Numbered from the stretch's first letter, positions 1 through 13,188 are shown. The stretch: DNA of 36,854 bases from Actinomycetota bacterium (GCA_018400395.1 JAGYMN010000003.1:1-36854); one strand, 5' to 3'. Numbers and translations: made by a program. The notes: generated by a model from the sequence alone, not told the origin.

Positions 1-2
1 CC

Positions 3-272
3 GATGCCTTCGTGCGGAACGGCGGTGTAGCTCCTGGCGCAGCTGCGGCCGAAGAGGAAAAAACTGAATTTGATGTGGAGCTTAAATCACCCGGGCAGAA
101 GAAGATCGAGGTAATAAAAGCTGTACGCCAGATTACCAGTCTGGGTTTAAAGGAAGCAAAAGAAGTTGTAGACAAAGCTCCTAATATTGTTAAAGAAAAA
201 GTATCAAGGGAAGAAGCAGATAAAATAAAGAAGCAGCTCGAAGATGCAGGAGCCGAAGTCGAAATAAAATAG
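3..272 (+). CDS. rplL: 50S ribosomal protein bL12 (L7/L12), 5'-partial
   Basis: [15 protein letters not shown]...[24 protein letters not shown]...[11 protein letters not shown] is the bL12 C-terminal domain; it lies just upstream of rpoB and the N-terminus is outside the window. Confidence 0.97.
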   Translation, partial: DAFVRNGGVAPGAAAAEEEKTEFDVELKSPGQKKIEVIKAVRQITSLGLKEAKEVVDKAPNIVKEKVSREEADKIKKQLEDAGAEVEIK

Positions 273-292
273 ACATATAACAGTAATAATAT

Positions 293-328
293 ATATAAAG
301 GCATAGCAAGAATGCTATGCCTTTATAT
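293..328 (+). terminator. Probable intrinsic terminator hairpin after rplL
   Basis: Perfect 16-bp inverted repeat ATATAAAGGCATAGCA-agaa-TGCTATGCCTTTATAT, 20 nt after the rplL stop. Confidence 0.75.
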
Positions 329-386
329 CATATATAGAGCAAAAAATATTTTTGTTGATTTATAAATATCCACAGATAAAAAGTAT

Positions 387-414
387 TTGACACGGACTTA
401 TAATTTGATAAACT
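387..414 (+). promoter_or_regulatory. Putative sigma-70/SigA promoter for rpoBC
   Basis: TTGACA (387-392), 16-nt spacer, extended -10 TGaTAAACT (406-414). Confidence 0.6.
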
Positions 415-572
415 AGTAGTTTGTCAGTTTTTCGATAATTTTAATGCTTTTAATATTTAATGGGTTACATTATATAGTATATTTACTACCTGTAAAAGTT
501 TTTATTTAAAATTATTGATCCCAATTAACACTACAATACTACTTAGGAATGAACAAAGAGGAGATTAGCTTA

Positions 573-3500
573 ATGCAAAAAACAAACAAATTCCAGAGAT
601 ATAATTTCGGTAAAATTCCAAAGATAATGGAAATGCCGCATCTTCTTGATATTCAGAGAGAATCTTTCCAGTGGTTTCTGGACGAAGGACTTATGGAAGC
701 TCTTAAGGATATTTCTCCAATAGAAGACTTTACGGGGGATAAGGCATTGGAATTTGTGGACTACAGCTTTGATGAGGATGTAGCAACCCCGGATGTCTGC
801 AAATTGCAGGATATGTCTTACACCGCACCTTTAAAGGTACTTTCAAGATTTATAAATAAGGATACAGGCGAGATAAAAGAAACGGAAGTTTTTATGGGTG
901 ATATACCCATGATGACCAGTAAAGGGACTTTTATAATCAATGGTACGGAAAGGGTGGTAGTATCACAGCTGGTGCGTTCACCCGGTGTCTATTATGATGC
1001 AGACATAGATAAAAAAACTGAACGCGATATATTTATGTGCAAAGTAATACCGACACGCGGTTCGTGGATAGAAATTGAGACAGATAAAAAAAATATTGCA
1101 TATGTAAGAATAGACAGGAGAAGAAAATTTCTCCTCACCATTTTTCTTAAAGCACTGGGTTTTGGCAATAATGAAGATTTGCTGGAGCTTTTTGGTCCCT
1201 TTGACAGGGAAAATTGTATAAAGAATACTCTTGACAGGGACCTGACAGAAACAGAGGAAGAAGCATTGATAGAGATATATAAGAAGCTAAGGCCGGGCGA
1301 GCCGCCAACTGTTGAAAGTGCCAGGAATCTTATTAATTCTCTTTTCTTTAATTCCAAGAGATATGACCTGGGCAAAGTCGGAAGATATAAGATAAACCAG
1401 AAGATTATGGAAGAGCTGGATGAGGGACTGTCAGGAAAACTTTCCGCTATAGATAAAAAGATGGACATAAATCAGGAAGAAAAATACATACTCAACAGTA
1501 AGGATATTTTCCTTATAATCAAATATCTGGTTCAGCTGATGGCTGGAATAGGAGAAGTTGACGATATAGACCACTTCGGAAACAGGAGGATAAGAAATAT
1601 AGGAGAACTGGTACAGAATCAGGTGCGCATAGGTCTTTCCAGGATGGAAAGGGTTGTTAAGGAAAGGATGACAACCCAGGATATTGATATGATAACACCT
1701 AAATCACTGATAAATATCAGGCCGCTGGTTGCAAGTCTTAAGGAATTCTTTGGCAGCGGGCAGCTTTCACAATTTCTTGACCAGACCAATCCTCTTGCAG
1801 AAATAACCCATAAAAGAAGACTTTCTGCCCTTGGACCCGGCGGTCTTTCAAGGGAAAGGGCAGGATTCGAAGTCAGGGATGTTCATTCTTCGCACTACGG
1901 CAGGATGTGTCCTATAGAGACCCCCGAGGGGCCAAATATTGGATTAATAGGATCTCTTGCCACATATGCCACTCTTAATGAGTACGGTTTTATAGAAACA
2001 CCATTCCGTAAGGTTGTAAACGGTGTTGTTACAGATAATATTGAATATCTATCAGCAGACAGGGAAGAAGATTATGTAATTGCACAGGCAACGGAAGAAA
2101 TAGATTCGAAAGGCAGATTTACAAAAGAGAAAGTAATGGCAAAACATGGAGATGATATTATCATTGACAGTCCTGACATGATAGATTATATGGACGTTTC
2201 GCCAAGGCAGATATTCAGTGCCGCAGCTTCCCTTATACCTTTTCTGGATCACGATGATGCAAACAGGGCACTTATGGGTTCAAATATGCAGAGACAGGCA
2301 GTTCCACTGATAGATCCTGAGCCGCCTCTGGTAGGGACCGGGATGGAAAAGGAGATTGCGAGGGACAGCGGTGCCATTATTCTTGCAAGGGATGAAGGTA
2401 TTGTAAAAGAGGTAGACGGCAATAGTATACTAATAGATTACTCAAGGAAAAAGGATGCCGTTCATGAACTTTATAAATTTAAAAGGTCAAATCAGGGTAC
2501 ATGTATCAACCAGAGGCCTCTTGTCAGAGAAGGTGACAGAGTGGAACGGGGACAGGTAATTGCAGATGGACCCGCCACCAGCTCAGGCGAACTGGCACTT
2601 GGTAAAAATCTCAGGGTAGCTTTTATGTCGTGGGAAGGGTATAACTATGAAGATGCCATAGTAATATCTGAGAGGTTAGTAAAGGAAGACGTGCTGTCTT
2701 CAATACATATCTCAAAGCAGGAAGTGGAAGCCAGAACCACAAAGCTTGGTAATGAAGAGATCACCAGGGATATACCGAATGTTGGTGATGAGATACTAAT
2801 GAATCTGGATGAGAGGGGAATAATAAGGATAGGAGCCGAGGTAAAGCCGGGAGATGTGCTGGTTGGTAAAATCACCCCAAAGGGAGAGACGGAGCTAACG
2901 GCAGAAGAAAAGCTTCTCAGGGCGATTTTTGGAGAGAAGGCACGGGAAGTAAGAGACAGTTCTTTAAAGGTACCACATGGAGAAGGTGGAAAAGTAGTAG
3001 ATGTACAGTTATTTTCACGCAAGCAGGGACATGATCTCCCTCCGGGAGTAAATGAGCTTGTCAGGGTATTTATTGCAGAAAAAAGAAAGATCTCCATTGG
3101 AGACAAGCTTGCAGGAAGGCATGGCAATAAAGGTGTTATATCTGTAATACTTCCCGAAGAAGATATGCCTTATACTGAGGATGGAGAACCAATAGATATA
3201 ATATTCAACCCCCTGGGGGTGCCGTCAAGAATGAACGTGGGCCAGGTTCTGGAAGCTCACCTGGGTCTTGCTGCAAAGAAGGGATGGGATACAGAAGAAA
3301 GGGCAGAAGATGGTTATGTATATGTTGCAACCCCTATATTTGAAGGAGCGGGAGAAGATGATATAAAAAGACTTCTAAAGAAGGTAGGGGAAAATGAAAG
3401 TGGGAAGACGGTATTGTATGACGGTAGAAGCGGCACAAAACTGGCAGATGATATTACCGTAGGATATGCATATGTATTAAAACTGCTTCATCTGGTGGAT

Positions 3501-4115
3501 GATAAGATACATGCCCGATCAACAGGACCTTATTCTCTTGTTACCCAGCAGCCGCTTGGAGGAAAGGCACAATTCGGGGGCCAGAGGTTTGGAGAAATGG
3601 AAGTATGGGCACTCGAGGCTTATGGAGCAGCACATGCTCTTCAGGAAATGCTGACCATAAAGTCAGATGATGTTACTGGAAGAGTCAAGACATACGAGGC
3701 AGTGGTAAAAGGAGAGAACATAGCCAGGCCGGGCATACCCGAATCTTTCAAGGTACTTATAAAGGAGATGCAGAGTCTGGGCCTGGATGTGGAAGTTCTT
3801 TCAGAAGAAGGCAGGAAGGTAAGGGTTTCCGGGTCAGAGGATGAGATAATGAAAACAGTGGAAGAGCTCGGGATAAATCTTGAAGGTCACGGGAAACCTA
3901 TTGATGATGGCGCGGAAGTAGTTAAAAAGCAGGAAGGCGGTAAAGAACAGGAGGAAGAAAAAGAAACCGCCGGGACAGGCGGCAATTTCAGACCTGAAGA
4001 AAATGAGAAGGAGAAAACTGCACCCGAACTTACTGACGAGGAAAAGGAATTAAAGAAACAGATAGAATCAGTAAAAAATAAAAAAGAAAAAGACGGGATT
4101 AAGACAAAAAAATAA
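573..4115 (+). CDS. rpoB: RNA polymerase beta subunit
   Basis: [47 protein letters not shown] and GGQRFGEME motifs; ATG 573 follows SD GAGGAG (alternative in-frame ATG at 549). Confidence 0.99.
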   Translation: MQKTNKFQRYNFGKIPKIMEMPHLLDIQRESFQWFLDEGLMEALKDISPIEDFTGDKALEFVDYSFDEDVATPDVCKLQDMSYTAPLKVLSRFINKDTGEIKETEVFMGDIPMMTSKGTFIINGTERVVVSQLVRSPGVYYDADIDKKTERDIFMCKVIPTRGSWIEIETDKKNIAYVRIDRRRKFLLTIFLKALGFGNNEDLLELFGPFDRENCIKNTLDRDLTETEEEALIEIYKKLRPGEPPTVESARNLINSLFFNSKRYDLGKVGRYKINQKIMEELDEGLSGKLSAIDKKMDINQEEKYILNSKDIFLIIKYLVQLMAGIGEVDDIDHFGNRRIRNIGELVQNQVRIGLSRMERVVKERMTTQDIDMITPKSLINIRPLVASLKEFFGSGQLSQFLDQTNPLAEITHKRRLSALGPGGLSRERAGFEVRDVHSSHYGRMCPIETPEGPNIGLIGSLATYATLNEYGFIETPFRKVVNGVVTDNIEYLSADREEDYVIAQATEEIDSKGRFTKEKVMAKHGDDIIIDSPDMIDYMDVSPRQIFSAAASLIPFLDHDDANRALMGSNMQRQAVPLIDPEPPLVGTGMEKEIARDSGAIILARDEGIVKEVDGNSILIDYSRKKDAVHELYKFKRSNQGTCINQRPLVREGDRVERGQVIADGPATSSGELALGKNLRVAFMSWEGYNYEDAIVISERLVKEDVLSSIHISKQEVEARTTKLGNEEITRDIPNVGDEILMNLDERGIIRIGAEVKPGDVLVGKITPKGETELTAEEKLLRAIFGEKAREVRDSSLKVPHGEGGKVVDVQLFSRKQGHDLPPGVNELVRVFIAEKRKISIGDKLAGRHGNKGVISVILPEEDMPYTEDGEPIDIIFNPLGVPSRMNVGQVLEAHLGLAAKKGWDTEERAEDGYVYVATPIFEGAGEDDIKRLLKKVGENESGKTVLYDGRSGTKLADDITVGYAYVLKLLHLVDDKIHARSTGPYSLVTQQPLGGKAQFGGQRFGEMEVWALEAYGAAHALQEMLTIKSDDVTGRVKTYEAVVKGENIARPGIPESFKVLIKEMQSLGLDVEVLSEEGRKVRVSGSEDEIMKTVEELGINLEGHGKPIDDGAEVVKKQEGGKEQEEEKETAGTGGNFRPEENEKEKTAPELTDEEKELKKQIESVKNKKEKDGIKTKK

Positions 4116-4142
4116 ATTTTATATTTTGAAAGGCTTTATTAA

Positions 4143-7100
4143 ATGGTAATTAATTTAGATGTCAGCAATTTTGATGCAATAAGGATCGGCCTTGCATCAA
4201 CAGAAAAGATTAGATCCTGGTCCAGGGGTGAAGTAAAGAAACCGGAGACAATAAATTACAGGACACTTAAACCGGAAAAGGACGGACTTTTCTGTGAGAG
4301 GATTTTTGGACCTACAAAAGACTGGGAATGCTATTGCGGTAAATATAAGAGAGTAAGGTTTAAGGGGATCATATGTGAAAGGTGCGGCGTGGAAGTTACC
4401 CGCGCAAGTGTTAGAAGGGAAAGAATGGGGCATATAGAGCTTGCAAGTCCTGTATCACATATATGGTTTTTTAAAGGAGTACCTTCCAGGATGGGTTATA
4501 TTCTGGATATAAGTCCCAAAGATCTGGAAAAGGTACTTTATTTCGATTCATATATAATTACCTCTGTTGACCGGGATAAGATTAAAGCAGAAGATGATAA
4601 AATACAAAAAATTGAAAAAGAAACACTGGAGAAGGCAAAAGAGCTTCACGAACTGAGGATTGATGATATTAAAGCAAGTAAGGACGAGATCCTGGAGGCA
4701 AAAGAAGAAATAGATGAACAGGATCTGGTTATGGAAGATACAGATGACCCCGATGATGATACGGAGGATATTGAAGACAGCGAAGATTATGTGGCAGAAG
4801 AAGATGATAGTGATGATGCTGATGATGACGATGATAAAGATGATGATGCGGTCATCTCTGCTTTTGAAAAGAGAAGATCCGAGAGAGTAAAGATTATCAA
4901 GGAAACTGAGAAGATGCTCGAAGAAGAGGAAGAGATCTATCTTGAGGAAGCGGATCTTATAAAAAGATCTATTACTTTCTTTTCCAATATAGAAGAAAAA
5001 ATGCTTGTCTCCGACGAAGCTCTGTTTAAGAAGATGAACTCCATGTTCGGGAGTTATTTTAAAGGAGGCATGGGAGCAGAGGCAATAAGGGAACTGCTTA
5101 AGGATATTGATTGTGAGAAGGAAGCTGAAATACTTAAGGCTGTCATAAAGAAGTCCAAAGGCCAGAAGAGGAGCAAGAGCATCAAGAGGCTTAAGATAAT
5201 ATCATCTTTTATAAATTCAGGGAACAAACCTGAATATATGATACTTGAAGTGCTTCCGGTAATACCACCGGATTTAAGACCAATGGTCCAGCTTGATGGC
5301 GGCCGGTTTGCGACTTCGGACCTCAATGACCTTTATAGAAGGGTTATTAACAGAAATAACAGGTTGAAAAAACTTCTTGAGCTGGATGCTCCGGAAATAA
5401 TAATAAATAATGAGAAGAGGATGCTCCAGGAAGCCGTTGATGCCCTTTTTGATAATGGGAGGAGAGGTCGCGCAGTAGTAGGTGCGGGAAACCGTCCCCT
5501 GAAATCCTTAAGCGACATGCTTAAGGGGAAACAGGGAAGATTCAGACAAAATCTTCTCGGTAAAAGAGTTGATTACTCAGGAAGGTCCGTAATAGTTGTA
5601 AACCCCTATCTTAAACTTGGTCAGTGCGGGTTGCCAAAAAAGATGGCTCTTGAACTTTTTAAGCCATTTGTCATGAAAAGGCTTGTAGATGAGGGCTATG
5701 GCCAGAATATTAAAAGCGCCAGGACGATGGTTGAAAGAGAAAGTAACGAGGTATGGGATATACTTGAGGAAGTAATCAGGAACCATCCGGTGTTGTTAAA
5801 CAGGGCGCCGACGCTTCATCGCCTGGGGATACAGGCTTTTATGCCGATACTGGTAGAGGGTAAGGCGATACAGATACATCCTATGGTATGCCCCGCGTTT
5901 AATGCCGACTTTGATGGTGACCAGATGGCGGTGCATGTACCACTATCTGATGAGGCAAAAGCTGAAGCAATGATACTTATGCTTTCTGCCAATAATATAC
6001 TTTCACCGGCAAGCGGTAAACCCATAGTTATCCCCTCCCAGGATATAATACTGGGTATATATTACCTGACTTCGGAAAGAGAGAGGGAAGGCGGAAAAGA
6101 AAAATATTACAATAAACCAGAAGATGCAATACAGGCATATAATTATAACCTTATAACACTCCATTCCCTCATAAATGTAAAAATTGGAGACAGGGTAATA
6201 AAGACCACTGTAGGAAGAATCATATTCAACCAGGCTCTTCCGGAGAAGTACAGGTTTGTGAATAAGGAAGTGTCTAAAAAAGAGCTTATATCAATAATAG
6301 TGGACTGCATTGATAAATTTCCTCAGTCCCAGATAATAGATATACTCGATTCCGTAAAAGCTATAGGATTTGAATATTCGACAAAATCGGGTCTTACAAT
6401 TGGTATTGATGATATAAGCATACCCGGAGAAAAATACAATATACTGGGTAAGGTTGAAAAGAAAATCGAAGCCATAGAAGACTATTTCAAACAGGGCCTT
6501 ATTACAGATTTTGAAAGGCATCAGAGGACAATACAGACATGGTCCCAGGCCAATGAGGATGTAGCAGTCGCCATGGAGAAAAATTTTGATAAATTCAACC
6601 CGGTTTACATGATGGCGACATCCGGTGCAAGAGGTAATATTAAGCAGCTCAGGCAGCTTGCGGGTATGAGAGGTCTTGTTGCAAATGCAAGAGGAGATAT
6701 AATTGACAGTCCCATAAAGTCAAATTTCAGGGAAGGATTAAATATACTTGAATACTTTATCTCGACTCATGGAGCAAGGCAGGGCCTTGCAGATACTGCA
6801 CTGAGGACAGCGGATTCCGGATATCTAACCAGGAGGCTTGTGGATGTAGCACAGGATACCATGGTTACTGTAGAAGACTGCGGCACCGAAGATGGAATAT
6901 ACCTGTATGTGCTGACACTGGAAGGAGAGCCCAATACAAATCTTATAGGCAGGATATGCATCGAGGATGTAAAGAACCAGGTCAATAATAAAATTATAAT
7001 AAAGACAGGCGAAGAAATCCTTGAAAAGCATCTTCAGAAATTTATTCATTCCAACATAGAAAGGGTCAAGGTCAGGTCTGTAATGACATGCAAAGCAGAG

Positions 7101-8402
7101 TCGGGTGTCTGCCAGAAATGTTACGGCAGGGATCTGGCTTCCGGTAAAATGGTTGAAATTGGCGAAGCGGTAGGGACTATTGCAGCGCAGTCAATAGGGG
7201 AACCGGGGACGCAGCTTACTATGCGTACATTCCATACAGGTGGAGTAGCATCAACTGTTATTCAGAGATTGATAAAGTCTCCTGTGACAGGAAAGCTTGT
7301 GTTCAGCAGGCAGCTCCTAAAAGATCTGGGTCTCAAAAAGGCAGACTTTAAAGAAGATGAAGAGACCGATGAGTTAATGGAAATAAATATCGAACATATA
7401 CCGCATAAACTGGTTTTCCAGGTAAAGATGGAGAATGGCGATATAGTCGATGTGATAATTCCTAAAGGTGAGATACTGCAGCTTAACAAGAGTATAAATG
7501 TTGATGGAGGCGAGACTTTTGCCAAACTTATATTAACGGCAAAAAGAAAGACCCATGTCCACAAGCATGAAAAAACTTTCGAAGGTATTGATATAACCAG
7601 TGGTCTTCCGAGGGTTGTAGAACTTTTTGAAGCCAGAAAGCCCAAGGAGCATTCATTTATAGCAGATATCTCGGGCAGGTTAGAGATACAGGATATAGAT
7701 ACAAGATTCAGGATGCTGACAATAAAGAGCAAGGATGGTAAACAGGAGAAGTCATATCAGGTACCCACAAGAGCAAAGCTAACATTAAGCGACGGTGACG
7801 AGGTCATTGCCGGGGACCAGCTAACGGAAGGGCCAAGAAATCCCCATGATATCCTGAGGATAAAAGGTATAAAGGACTGCCAGCAGTATCTTGTAAAAGA
7901 AGTGCAGAATGTATATAAATCACAGGGTGTTGATATTAATGATAAACATATTGAAGTTATTGTAAAGCAGATGTTGAAGAAAGTGACCATTATTGATCCC
8001 GGCGATAGCGAGTTTCTGCCGGGTCAGCTGGTTGACAGGCTGCAGTTCAATGAGGTAAATAATGAGCTTATTTCTAATATGAAAAAAGCTGCAACGGCTG
8101 CCCAGAACCTTATGGGTATAACAAAAGCGTCTCTTGCAACAGATAGCTTTCTTTCTGCTGCTTCGTTCCAGGAGACAACAAGGGTGCTGACTGATGCTGC
8201 ACTTGAGAATAAAATAGACAGACTACACGGTCTGAAGGAAAATGTAATAATAGGCAAGGCAATACCTGCCGGAACCGGAATGGGCAGGTTCAGGGGTATT
8301 ACGCTTACATATCCGGGGTATAAGGAGGAAGAAAGGGACGAGATAGAGATACTGCAGGAAGCAGACGCGGATGATTCAGGTGAATTGGAAATAAATATAT
8401 AG
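4143..8402 (+). CDS. rpoC: RNA polymerase beta' subunit
   Basis: Zn ribbon [14 protein letters not shown], catalytic [16 protein letters not shown] trigger helix, SAASFQET. Confidence 0.99.
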   Translation: MVINLDVSNFDAIRIGLASTEKIRSWSRGEVKKPETINYRTLKPEKDGLFCERIFGPTKDWECYCGKYKRVRFKGIICERCGVEVTRASVRRERMGHIELASPVSHIWFFKGVPSRMGYILDISPKDLEKVLYFDSYIITSVDRDKIKAEDDKIQKIEKETLEKAKELHELRIDDIKASKDEILEAKEEIDEQDLVMEDTDDPDDDTEDIEDSEDYVAEEDDSDDADDDDDKDDDAVISAFEKRRSERVKIIKETEKMLEEEEEIYLEEADLIKRSITFFSNIEEKMLVSDEALFKKMNSMFGSYFKGGMGAEAIRELLKDIDCEKEAEILKAVIKKSKGQKRSKSIKRLKIISSFINSGNKPEYMILEVLPVIPPDLRPMVQLDGGRFATSDLNDLYRRVINRNNRLKKLLELDAPEIIINNEKRMLQEAVDALFDNGRRGRAVVGAGNRPLKSLSDMLKGKQGRFRQNLLGKRVDYSGRSVIVVNPYLKLGQCGLPKKMALELFKPFVMKRLVDEGYGQNIKSARTMVERESNEVWDILEEVIRNHPVLLNRAPTLHRLGIQAFMPILVEGKAIQIHPMVCPAFNADFDGDQMAVHVPLSDEAKAEAMILMLSANNILSPASGKPIVIPSQDIILGIYYLTSEREREGGKEKYYNKPEDAIQAYNYNLITLHSLINVKIGDRVIKTTVGRIIFNQALPEKYRFVNKEVSKKELISIIVDCIDKFPQSQIIDILDSVKAIGFEYSTKSGLTIGIDDISIPGEKYNILGKVEKKIEAIEDYFKQGLITDFERHQRTIQTWSQANEDVAVAMEKNFDKFNPVYMMATSGARGNIKQLRQLAGMRGLVANARGDIIDSPIKSNFREGLNILEYFISTHGARQGLADTALRTADSGYLTRRLVDVAQDTMVTVEDCGTEDGIYLYVLTLEGEPNTNLIGRICIEDVKNQVNNKIIIKTGEEILEKHLQKFIHSNIERVKVRSVMTCKAESGVCQKCYGRDLASGKMVEIGEAVGTIAAQSIGEPGTQLTMRTFHTGGVASTVIQRLIKSPVTGKLVFSRQLLKDLGLKKADFKEDEETDELMEINIEHIPHKLVFQVKMENGDIVDVIIPKGEILQLNKSINVDGGETFAKLILTAKRKTHVHKHEKTFEGIDITSGLPRVVELFEARKPKEHSFIADISGRLEIQDIDTRFRMLTIKSKDGKQEKSYQVPTRAKLTLSDGDEVIAGDQLTEGPRNPHDILRIKGIKDCQQYLVKEVQNVYKSQGVDINDKHIEVIVKQMLKKVTIIDPGDSEFLPGQLVDRLQFNEVNNELISNMKKAATAAQNLMGITKASLATDSFLSAASFQETTRVLTDAALENKIDRLHGLKENVIIGKAIPAGTGMGRFRGITLTYPGYKEEERDEIEILQEADADDSGELEINI

Positions 8403-8403
8403 C

Positions 8404-8446
8404 ATAAAAAGGCGATTTAATCAGGTTTTTTTAATCACTTTTTTAT
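8404..8446 (+). terminator. Possible terminator (imperfect hairpin) after rpoC
   Basis: ATAAAAAGGCGATT (8404-8417) pairs imperfectly with AATCACTTTTTTAT (8433-8446); AT-rich and weak. Confidence 0.3.
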
Positions 8447-8474
8447 TGACATTTTATATTGTAAGTGATAAATT
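8446..8474 (+). promoter_or_regulatory. Putative promoter of the str operon
   Basis: TTGACA (8446-8451), 17-nt spacer, extended -10 TGaTAAATT (8466-8474). Confidence 0.7.
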
Positions 8475-8560
8475 CTTTTTTCGTGTCTCAAAGATAGAAT
8501 TTATCTTTTATTCGATTTTGTTCAATATTTATTAATAAAATATTATAAAGGTGTGTTTTT

Positions 8561-8932
8561 ATGCCCACTATTAACCAGTTGGTGAGAAAAGGGAGAAAAA
8601 GGATAGTCAAGAAGAAGAAAACGCCTGCTCTTCAGGGGAATCCAATCAGGCGCGGCGTATGTATAAGGGTATATACTACGACTCCGAAAAAGCCTAATTC
8701 TGCATTGCGCAAGGTAGCGAGAGTCAGACTGACAAATGGGCAGGAAGTTACAGCCTATATACCGGGGATCGGCCATAACCTGCAGGAGCATTCAATTGTG
8801 CTGGTAAGAGGTGGAAGGGTCAAGGATATTCCGGGTGTAAGGTATAAGGTCATACGCGGTGCCCTTGATACTGCAGGGGTTGAAGATAGGAAATCCAGCA
8901 GATCGAGATACGGTGCCAAAAGACCTAAATAA
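8561..8932 (+). CDS. rpsL: 30S ribosomal protein uS12
   Basis: [33 protein letters not shown]. Confidence 0.99.
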   Translation: MPTINQLVRKGRKRIVKKKKTPALQGNPIRRGVCIRVYTTTPKKPNSALRKVARVRLTNGQEVTAYIPGIGHNLQEHSIVLVRGGRVKDIPGVRYKVIRGALDTAGVEDRKSSRSRYGAKRPK

Positions 8933-8949
8933 TATTTTAAGGAGATTTA

Positions 8950-9420
8950 ATGTCAAGAAAAAGCAAGCCAGTAAAAAAAGAGACAATACTGGACCCGGTT
9001 TATAAAAGTAAACTGGTTGGACAATTAATAAATAAGGTTTTGCTAAGGGGTAAAAAAAGCAAGGCCGAAAGCATAGTCTACGGGAGTCTAAGGATACTGG
9101 AAGAAAGGACAAAGGAGAATCCCCTGGAAATACTTGATAAATGTATGGATAATGTAAAGCCGCTTCTGGAAGTAAAGCCCCGAAGAGTAGGAGGAGCAAC
9201 ATACCAGGTTCCTGTTGAAGTTACTAATGACAGGGCAAATACACTTGCTATAAGATGGATAGTAGGTTTTGCGAGGAAAAGGAAAGAAAAGACATTTAAG
9301 GAGAGGCTTGCTTTTGAAGTTCTTGATGGGGCAAGCAACACTGGAAACAGTGTAAAGAAAAAGGAAGATTTACATAAGATGGCTGAAGCCAATAAAGCTT
9401 TTGCACATTACAGATGGTAA
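8950..9420 (+). CDS. rpsG: 30S ribosomal protein uS7
   Basis: [27 protein letters not shown]. Confidence 0.99.
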   Translation: MSRKSKPVKKETILDPVYKSKLVGQLINKVLLRGKKSKAESIVYGSLRILEERTKENPLEILDKCMDNVKPLLEVKPRRVGGATYQVPVEVTNDRANTLAIRWIVGFARKRKEKTFKERLAFEVLDGASNTGNSVKKKEDLHKMAEANKAFAHYRW

Positions 9421-9454
9421 TTTAGTTATAATTGTTAAATACAGGTGACCCTTT

Positions 9455-11545
9455 ATGGCGAGACAGGTATCGCTTAAAAATACAAGGAATATTGGGATAA
9501 CAGCACATATAGATGCCGGTAAGACGACTACTACGGAGAGGATTTTATATTATACCGGAAAGACCTATAAAATAGGTGAGGTCCATGACGGTGCTGCTGT
9601 TATGGACTGGATGGTGCAGGAACAGGAAAGAGGTATAACAATAACCTCCGCTGCAACCACTGCTTTCTGGAAGGATCATAAAATAAATATTATAGACACG
9701 CCCGGCCATGTGGATTTTACAGTAGAAGTAGAGAGGGTGCTCAGGGTCCTCGACGGAATGATTGCAATATTCTGTGCGGTAGGAGGGGTAGAGCCGCAGT
9801 CAGAGACAGTCTGGAGGCAGGCCGTAAAATACAATGTTCCGCGTATAGCTTTTGTGAACAAGATGGATAGAAGCGGTGCTGACTTTTTCTATGTGCTTGA
9901 AATGATGAAGAGCAAGCTAAACGCAAACCCTCTTCCGGTTCAGATACCTGTGGGAAAGGAAGACAGATTTGAGGGTATCATAGACCTGGTAAGCATGAGA
10001 GCTATTATATACAGGGATGAAATGGGAATCAGATTTGAATATGAGGATATTCCTGAGGAGCTAAGACCCACTGCTGAAAGATACCGCCAGGAACTTATTG
10101 AAAATATTGCAAATTATAATGATGATATATTAAACAGATATGTTGAAAACGAAAATATCAGCGAAGAAGAAATAAAGTCTGCTATAAGAAAGATGACGAT
10201 TAATGTGGAGGGGGTCCCTGTCTTTTGTGGGGCTGCTTTTAAGAATAAGGGCGTTCAGCCCCTGCTTGATGGTGTTATAGATTATCTTCCTTCGCCCCTG
10301 GACGTAAAAGCGCCAGGCGGGATAAATCCTGATACGGATGAGGAAGTTGACAGGCAGTCCGATGATAACTCCCCATTCTCTGGTCTAATATTTAAAATAA
10401 TGTCCGATCCATTTGTGGGGAGACTGAGCTATCTAAGGATATATTCGGGGATGCTGACCAGCGGGACCCAGGTGCTTAATTCAAACTTAGGAGTAAAAAG
10501 CAGGGTTGGGAAACTGCTGGAGATGCATGCTAACAGCCGTGTAGAGACTAAGGAGGCATTTGCCGGTGATATACTGGCAATAGTTGGGCTAAAGAATGTA
10601 AATACAGGAGATACAATATGCGATGTAAGGAATCCCATAATATATGAATCAATAACATTTCCGGAACCAGTACTGTCAATTGCAATTGAGCCAAAGACAA
10701 GAGATGATCAGGAAAGGCTTGCAAAATCACTAAATTCGCTTACAAGGGAGGATCCTACTTTTAAAGTAAATACCGATCCCGAGACAGGACAGACAATAAT
10801 TTCTGGAATGGGAGAGCTGCATCTTGAGATAATAGTTGACAGACTGATGAGGGAATTTGGAGTGGGAGCAAATGTAGGAAAGCCACAGGTATCCTACCGG
10901 GAGACCATAACGAGGGATGTCCGGGTAGAAGGGAAATATATAAGGCAGAGCGGCGGAAGAGGCCAGTACGGTCATGTCGTTTTAAAATTCGAACCCAATG
11001 ACTATGGAAAGGGTTTTGAATTTGAAGATAAGACAAAAGGCGGAGTGATACCGAAGGATTTTATCAAATCTGTAGAAGAGGGGATTGAAGGGGCTATGGC
11101 TACAGGAGAAGTAGCCGGTTATCCGGTAGTTGATGTAAAGGCAACACTTATTGATGGCTCTTATCATGAAGTAGATTCTTCGGAAATGGCTTTTAGGATA
11201 GCTGCTTCTAAAGCATTCCGGGATGCCATGAAGAAGGCAAACCCCCTGCTGCTGGAGCCGGTGATGGAAGTAGAGGTAGTAGTACCGGATGAATATATGG
11301 GAGAAGTTATAGGCGATCTTAATACCAGAAGAGGTAAGGTATCCTCAGTGAACCTCAGGAATAAAAAACGGATAATTAAATCAGAAGTTCCCCTGTCTGA
11401 AATGTTTGGATATGCAACGGACCTCCGTTCAAAAACCCAGGGAAGGGCGACATTTACAATGCAATTTTTAAGATATGAGCCTATACCAGGAAAGATTGCA
11501 GATGATATCATTAACCGTTATAAGGGGAGCAGCATTGCTGTTTGA
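9455..11545 (+). CDS. fusA: Elongation factor G
   Basis: [33 protein letters not shown]. Confidence 0.99.
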   Translation: MARQVSLKNTRNIGITAHIDAGKTTTTERILYYTGKTYKIGEVHDGAAVMDWMVQEQERGITITSAATTAFWKDHKINIIDTPGHVDFTVEVERVLRVLDGMIAIFCAVGGVEPQSETVWRQAVKYNVPRIAFVNKMDRSGADFFYVLEMMKSKLNANPLPVQIPVGKEDRFEGIIDLVSMRAIIYRDEMGIRFEYEDIPEELRPTAERYRQELIENIANYNDDILNRYVENENISEEEIKSAIRKMTINVEGVPVFCGAAFKNKGVQPLLDGVIDYLPSPLDVKAPGGINPDTDEEVDRQSDDNSPFSGLIFKIMSDPFVGRLSYLRIYSGMLTSGTQVLNSNLGVKSRVGKLLEMHANSRVETKEAFAGDILAIVGLKNVNTGDTICDVRNPIIYESITFPEPVLSIAIEPKTRDDQERLAKSLNSLTREDPTFKVNTDPETGQTIISGMGELHLEIIVDRLMREFGVGANVGKPQVSYRETITRDVRVEGKYIRQSGGRGQYGHVVLKFEPNDYGKGFEFEDKTKGGVIPKDFIKSVEEGIEGAMATGEVAGYPVVDVKATLIDGSYHEVDSSEMAFRIAASKAFRDAMKKANPLLLEPVMEVEVVVPDEYMGEVIGDLNTRRGKVSSVNLRNKKRIIKSEVPLSEMFGYATDLRSKTQGRATFTMQFLRYEPIPGKIADDIINRYKGSSIAV

Positions 11546-11580
11546 GTACAAAAATATACCATCAAAGAAAGGATAAAGAT

Positions 11581-12786
11581 ATGGCTAAGCAAAAATATGA
11601 AAGGACCAAACCACATATAAACATTGGAACCATAGGTCACGTAGATCATGGTAAGACAACCCTTACATCAGCCATAACCATGGCCCTAAAAAACATGGGC
11701 CAGCCTGTGGAGGCAAGGTCCTTTGACTCCATAGACAATGCACCCGAGGAAAGGGAGAGGGGCATAACCATAGCGATAGCCCACGTGGAGTACGAGACTC
11801 AAAACCGGCACTACGCCCATGTGGACTGCCCCGGACACGCTGATTATGTAAAGAACATGATAACAGGAGCTGCCCAGATGGACGGGGCAATACTGGTGGT
11901 CTCAGCAGCAGACGGCCCCATGCCCCAGACAAGGGAGCACATACTCCTTGCAAGGCAGGTAGGGGTTCCCTACATAGTAGTATTTCTAAACAAGACAGAC
12001 ATGGTAGACGACCCCGAGCTTATAGAGCTTGTTGAGATGGAAGTAAGGGATCTTTTAAATGAATACGAGTTCCCCGGGGATGAGATACCCATAATAAAGG
12101 GCTCGGCCTTAAAAGCCATGGAAAGCGGATGTACCACCAAAGATGAGGAGGCCTGCAAACCCATACTGGAACTTCTGGAAGCAGTTGACAGCTACATACC
12201 TACTCCCAAAAGGGATATAGAAAAACCCTTCCTTATGCCTGTAGAGGATATATTCTCCATAACAGGAAGAGGAACGGTTGTGACAGGAAGGATAGAAAGA
12301 GGAGTGGTAAAGGTACAGGATAACGTGGAGATAGTGGGCATAAGGCCGGATATAACAAAGACAGTTGTAACCGGTGTGGAGATGTTTAGAAAGCTTCTTG
12401 ACGATGGCCAGGCCGGAGACAACGTGGGCCTTCTTTTAAGGGGCATAGAAAAGGACGGAGTAGAGAGGGGACAGGTAATAGCAAAACCAGGTTCCATAAC
12501 CCCCCATTCACATTTCATGGCAAGGGTATATGTCCTGTCCAAGGATGAGGGAGGAAGGCACACTCCCTTCTTTAACGGTTACAGGCCCCAGTTTTATTTC
12601 AGGACCACTGATGTTACCGGCACCGTAACTCTCCAGGAAGGCGTAGAGATGGTAATGCCCGGAGACAATACGGACATGGAGATAAAGCTTATATCCCCCA
12701 TTGCCATGGAAGAAGGACAGAGATTTGCCATCCGTGAAGGCGGAAGGACAATAGGGGCAGGAAGCGCAACCAATATAATAGAGTAA
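11581..12786 (+). CDS. tuf: Elongation factor Tu
   Basis: [35 protein letters not shown]; ATG 11581 after AAAGGA (the ORF-track start at 11542 is an upstream extension). Confidence 0.99.
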   Translation: MAKQKYERTKPHINIGTIGHVDHGKTTLTSAITMALKNMGQPVEARSFDSIDNAPEERERGITIAIAHVEYETQNRHYAHVDCPGHADYVKNMITGAAQMDGAILVVSAADGPMPQTREHILLARQVGVPYIVVFLNKTDMVDDPELIELVEMEVRDLLNEYEFPGDEIPIIKGSALKAMESGCTTKDEEACKPILELLEAVDSYIPTPKRDIEKPFLMPVEDIFSITGRGTVVTGRIERGVVKVQDNVEIVGIRPDITKTVVTGVEMFRKLLDDGQAGDNVGLLLRGIEKDGVERGQVIAKPGSITPHSHFMARVYVLSKDEGGRHTPFFNGYRPQFYFRTTDVTGTVTLQEGVEMVMPGDNTDMEIKLISPIAMEEGQRFAIREGGRTIGAGSATNIIE

Positions 12787-12810
12787 AAGAATTAATCAGG
12801 AGGAATAGAT

Positions 12811-13131
12811 TTGTCAGCGACTAAATTGGGCCAGAAGATAAGAATAAAGCTTAAGGCATTTGATCATGAAATTATTGATAGGTCTGCCAGGAAAATAGTA
12901 GAGACAATTGAAAATTCAGGAGCGAAAGTATCTGGACCTATTCCCTTACCAAATAAAAAAAGTGTTTATTGTGTTATAAAATCACCTCATGTAAATAAGG
13001 ATTCTAGAGAGCACTTTGAAATAAGGATTCATAAAAGACTTATAGATATATTAGACCCTACCCCCAAGACAGTCGATCTGTTGATGAGGTTGAGTCTGCC
13101 GGCAGGTGTAGATATCGAGATCAAATCTTAA
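12811..13131 (+). CDS. rpsJ: 30S ribosomal protein uS10 (NusE)
   Basis: [31 protein letters not shown]; TTG start after AGGAGG. Confidence 0.99.
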   Translation: MSATKLGQKIRIKLKAFDHEIIDRSARKIVETIENSGAKVSGPIPLPNKKSVYCVIKSPHVNKDSREHFEIRIHKRLIDILDPTPKTVDLLMRLSLPAGVDIEIKS

Positions 13132-13159
13132 TAAAATATGTTTTTTTCTTATTATATTA

Positions 13160-13188
13160 TTGACGCGGCAGGCTAAATAATATAAACT
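13160..13188 (+). promoter_or_regulatory. Putative internal promoter upstream of rplC
   Basis: TTGACG (13160-13165), 17-nt spacer, TAAACT (13183-13188) in the 99-nt rpsJ-rplC gap. Confidence 0.6.

Noticed and set aside
1-26. First codons (DAFVRNG) do not resemble the Ala-rich bL12 hinge
   Set aside because: At the window edge and too short to interpret; may be a contig-end artefact, and the GTG at 12 is unlikely to be the real start
366-374. DnaA-box-like ATATCCACA upstream of the rpoB promoter
   Set aside because: Single box with one mismatch in AT-rich DNA; no cluster
1746-1845. Possible intrinsic rifampicin resistance ([29 protein letters not shown])
   Set aside because: Residues equivalent to E. 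coli Q513, D516, H526 and S531 are wild type; the other differences give no clear resistance signal
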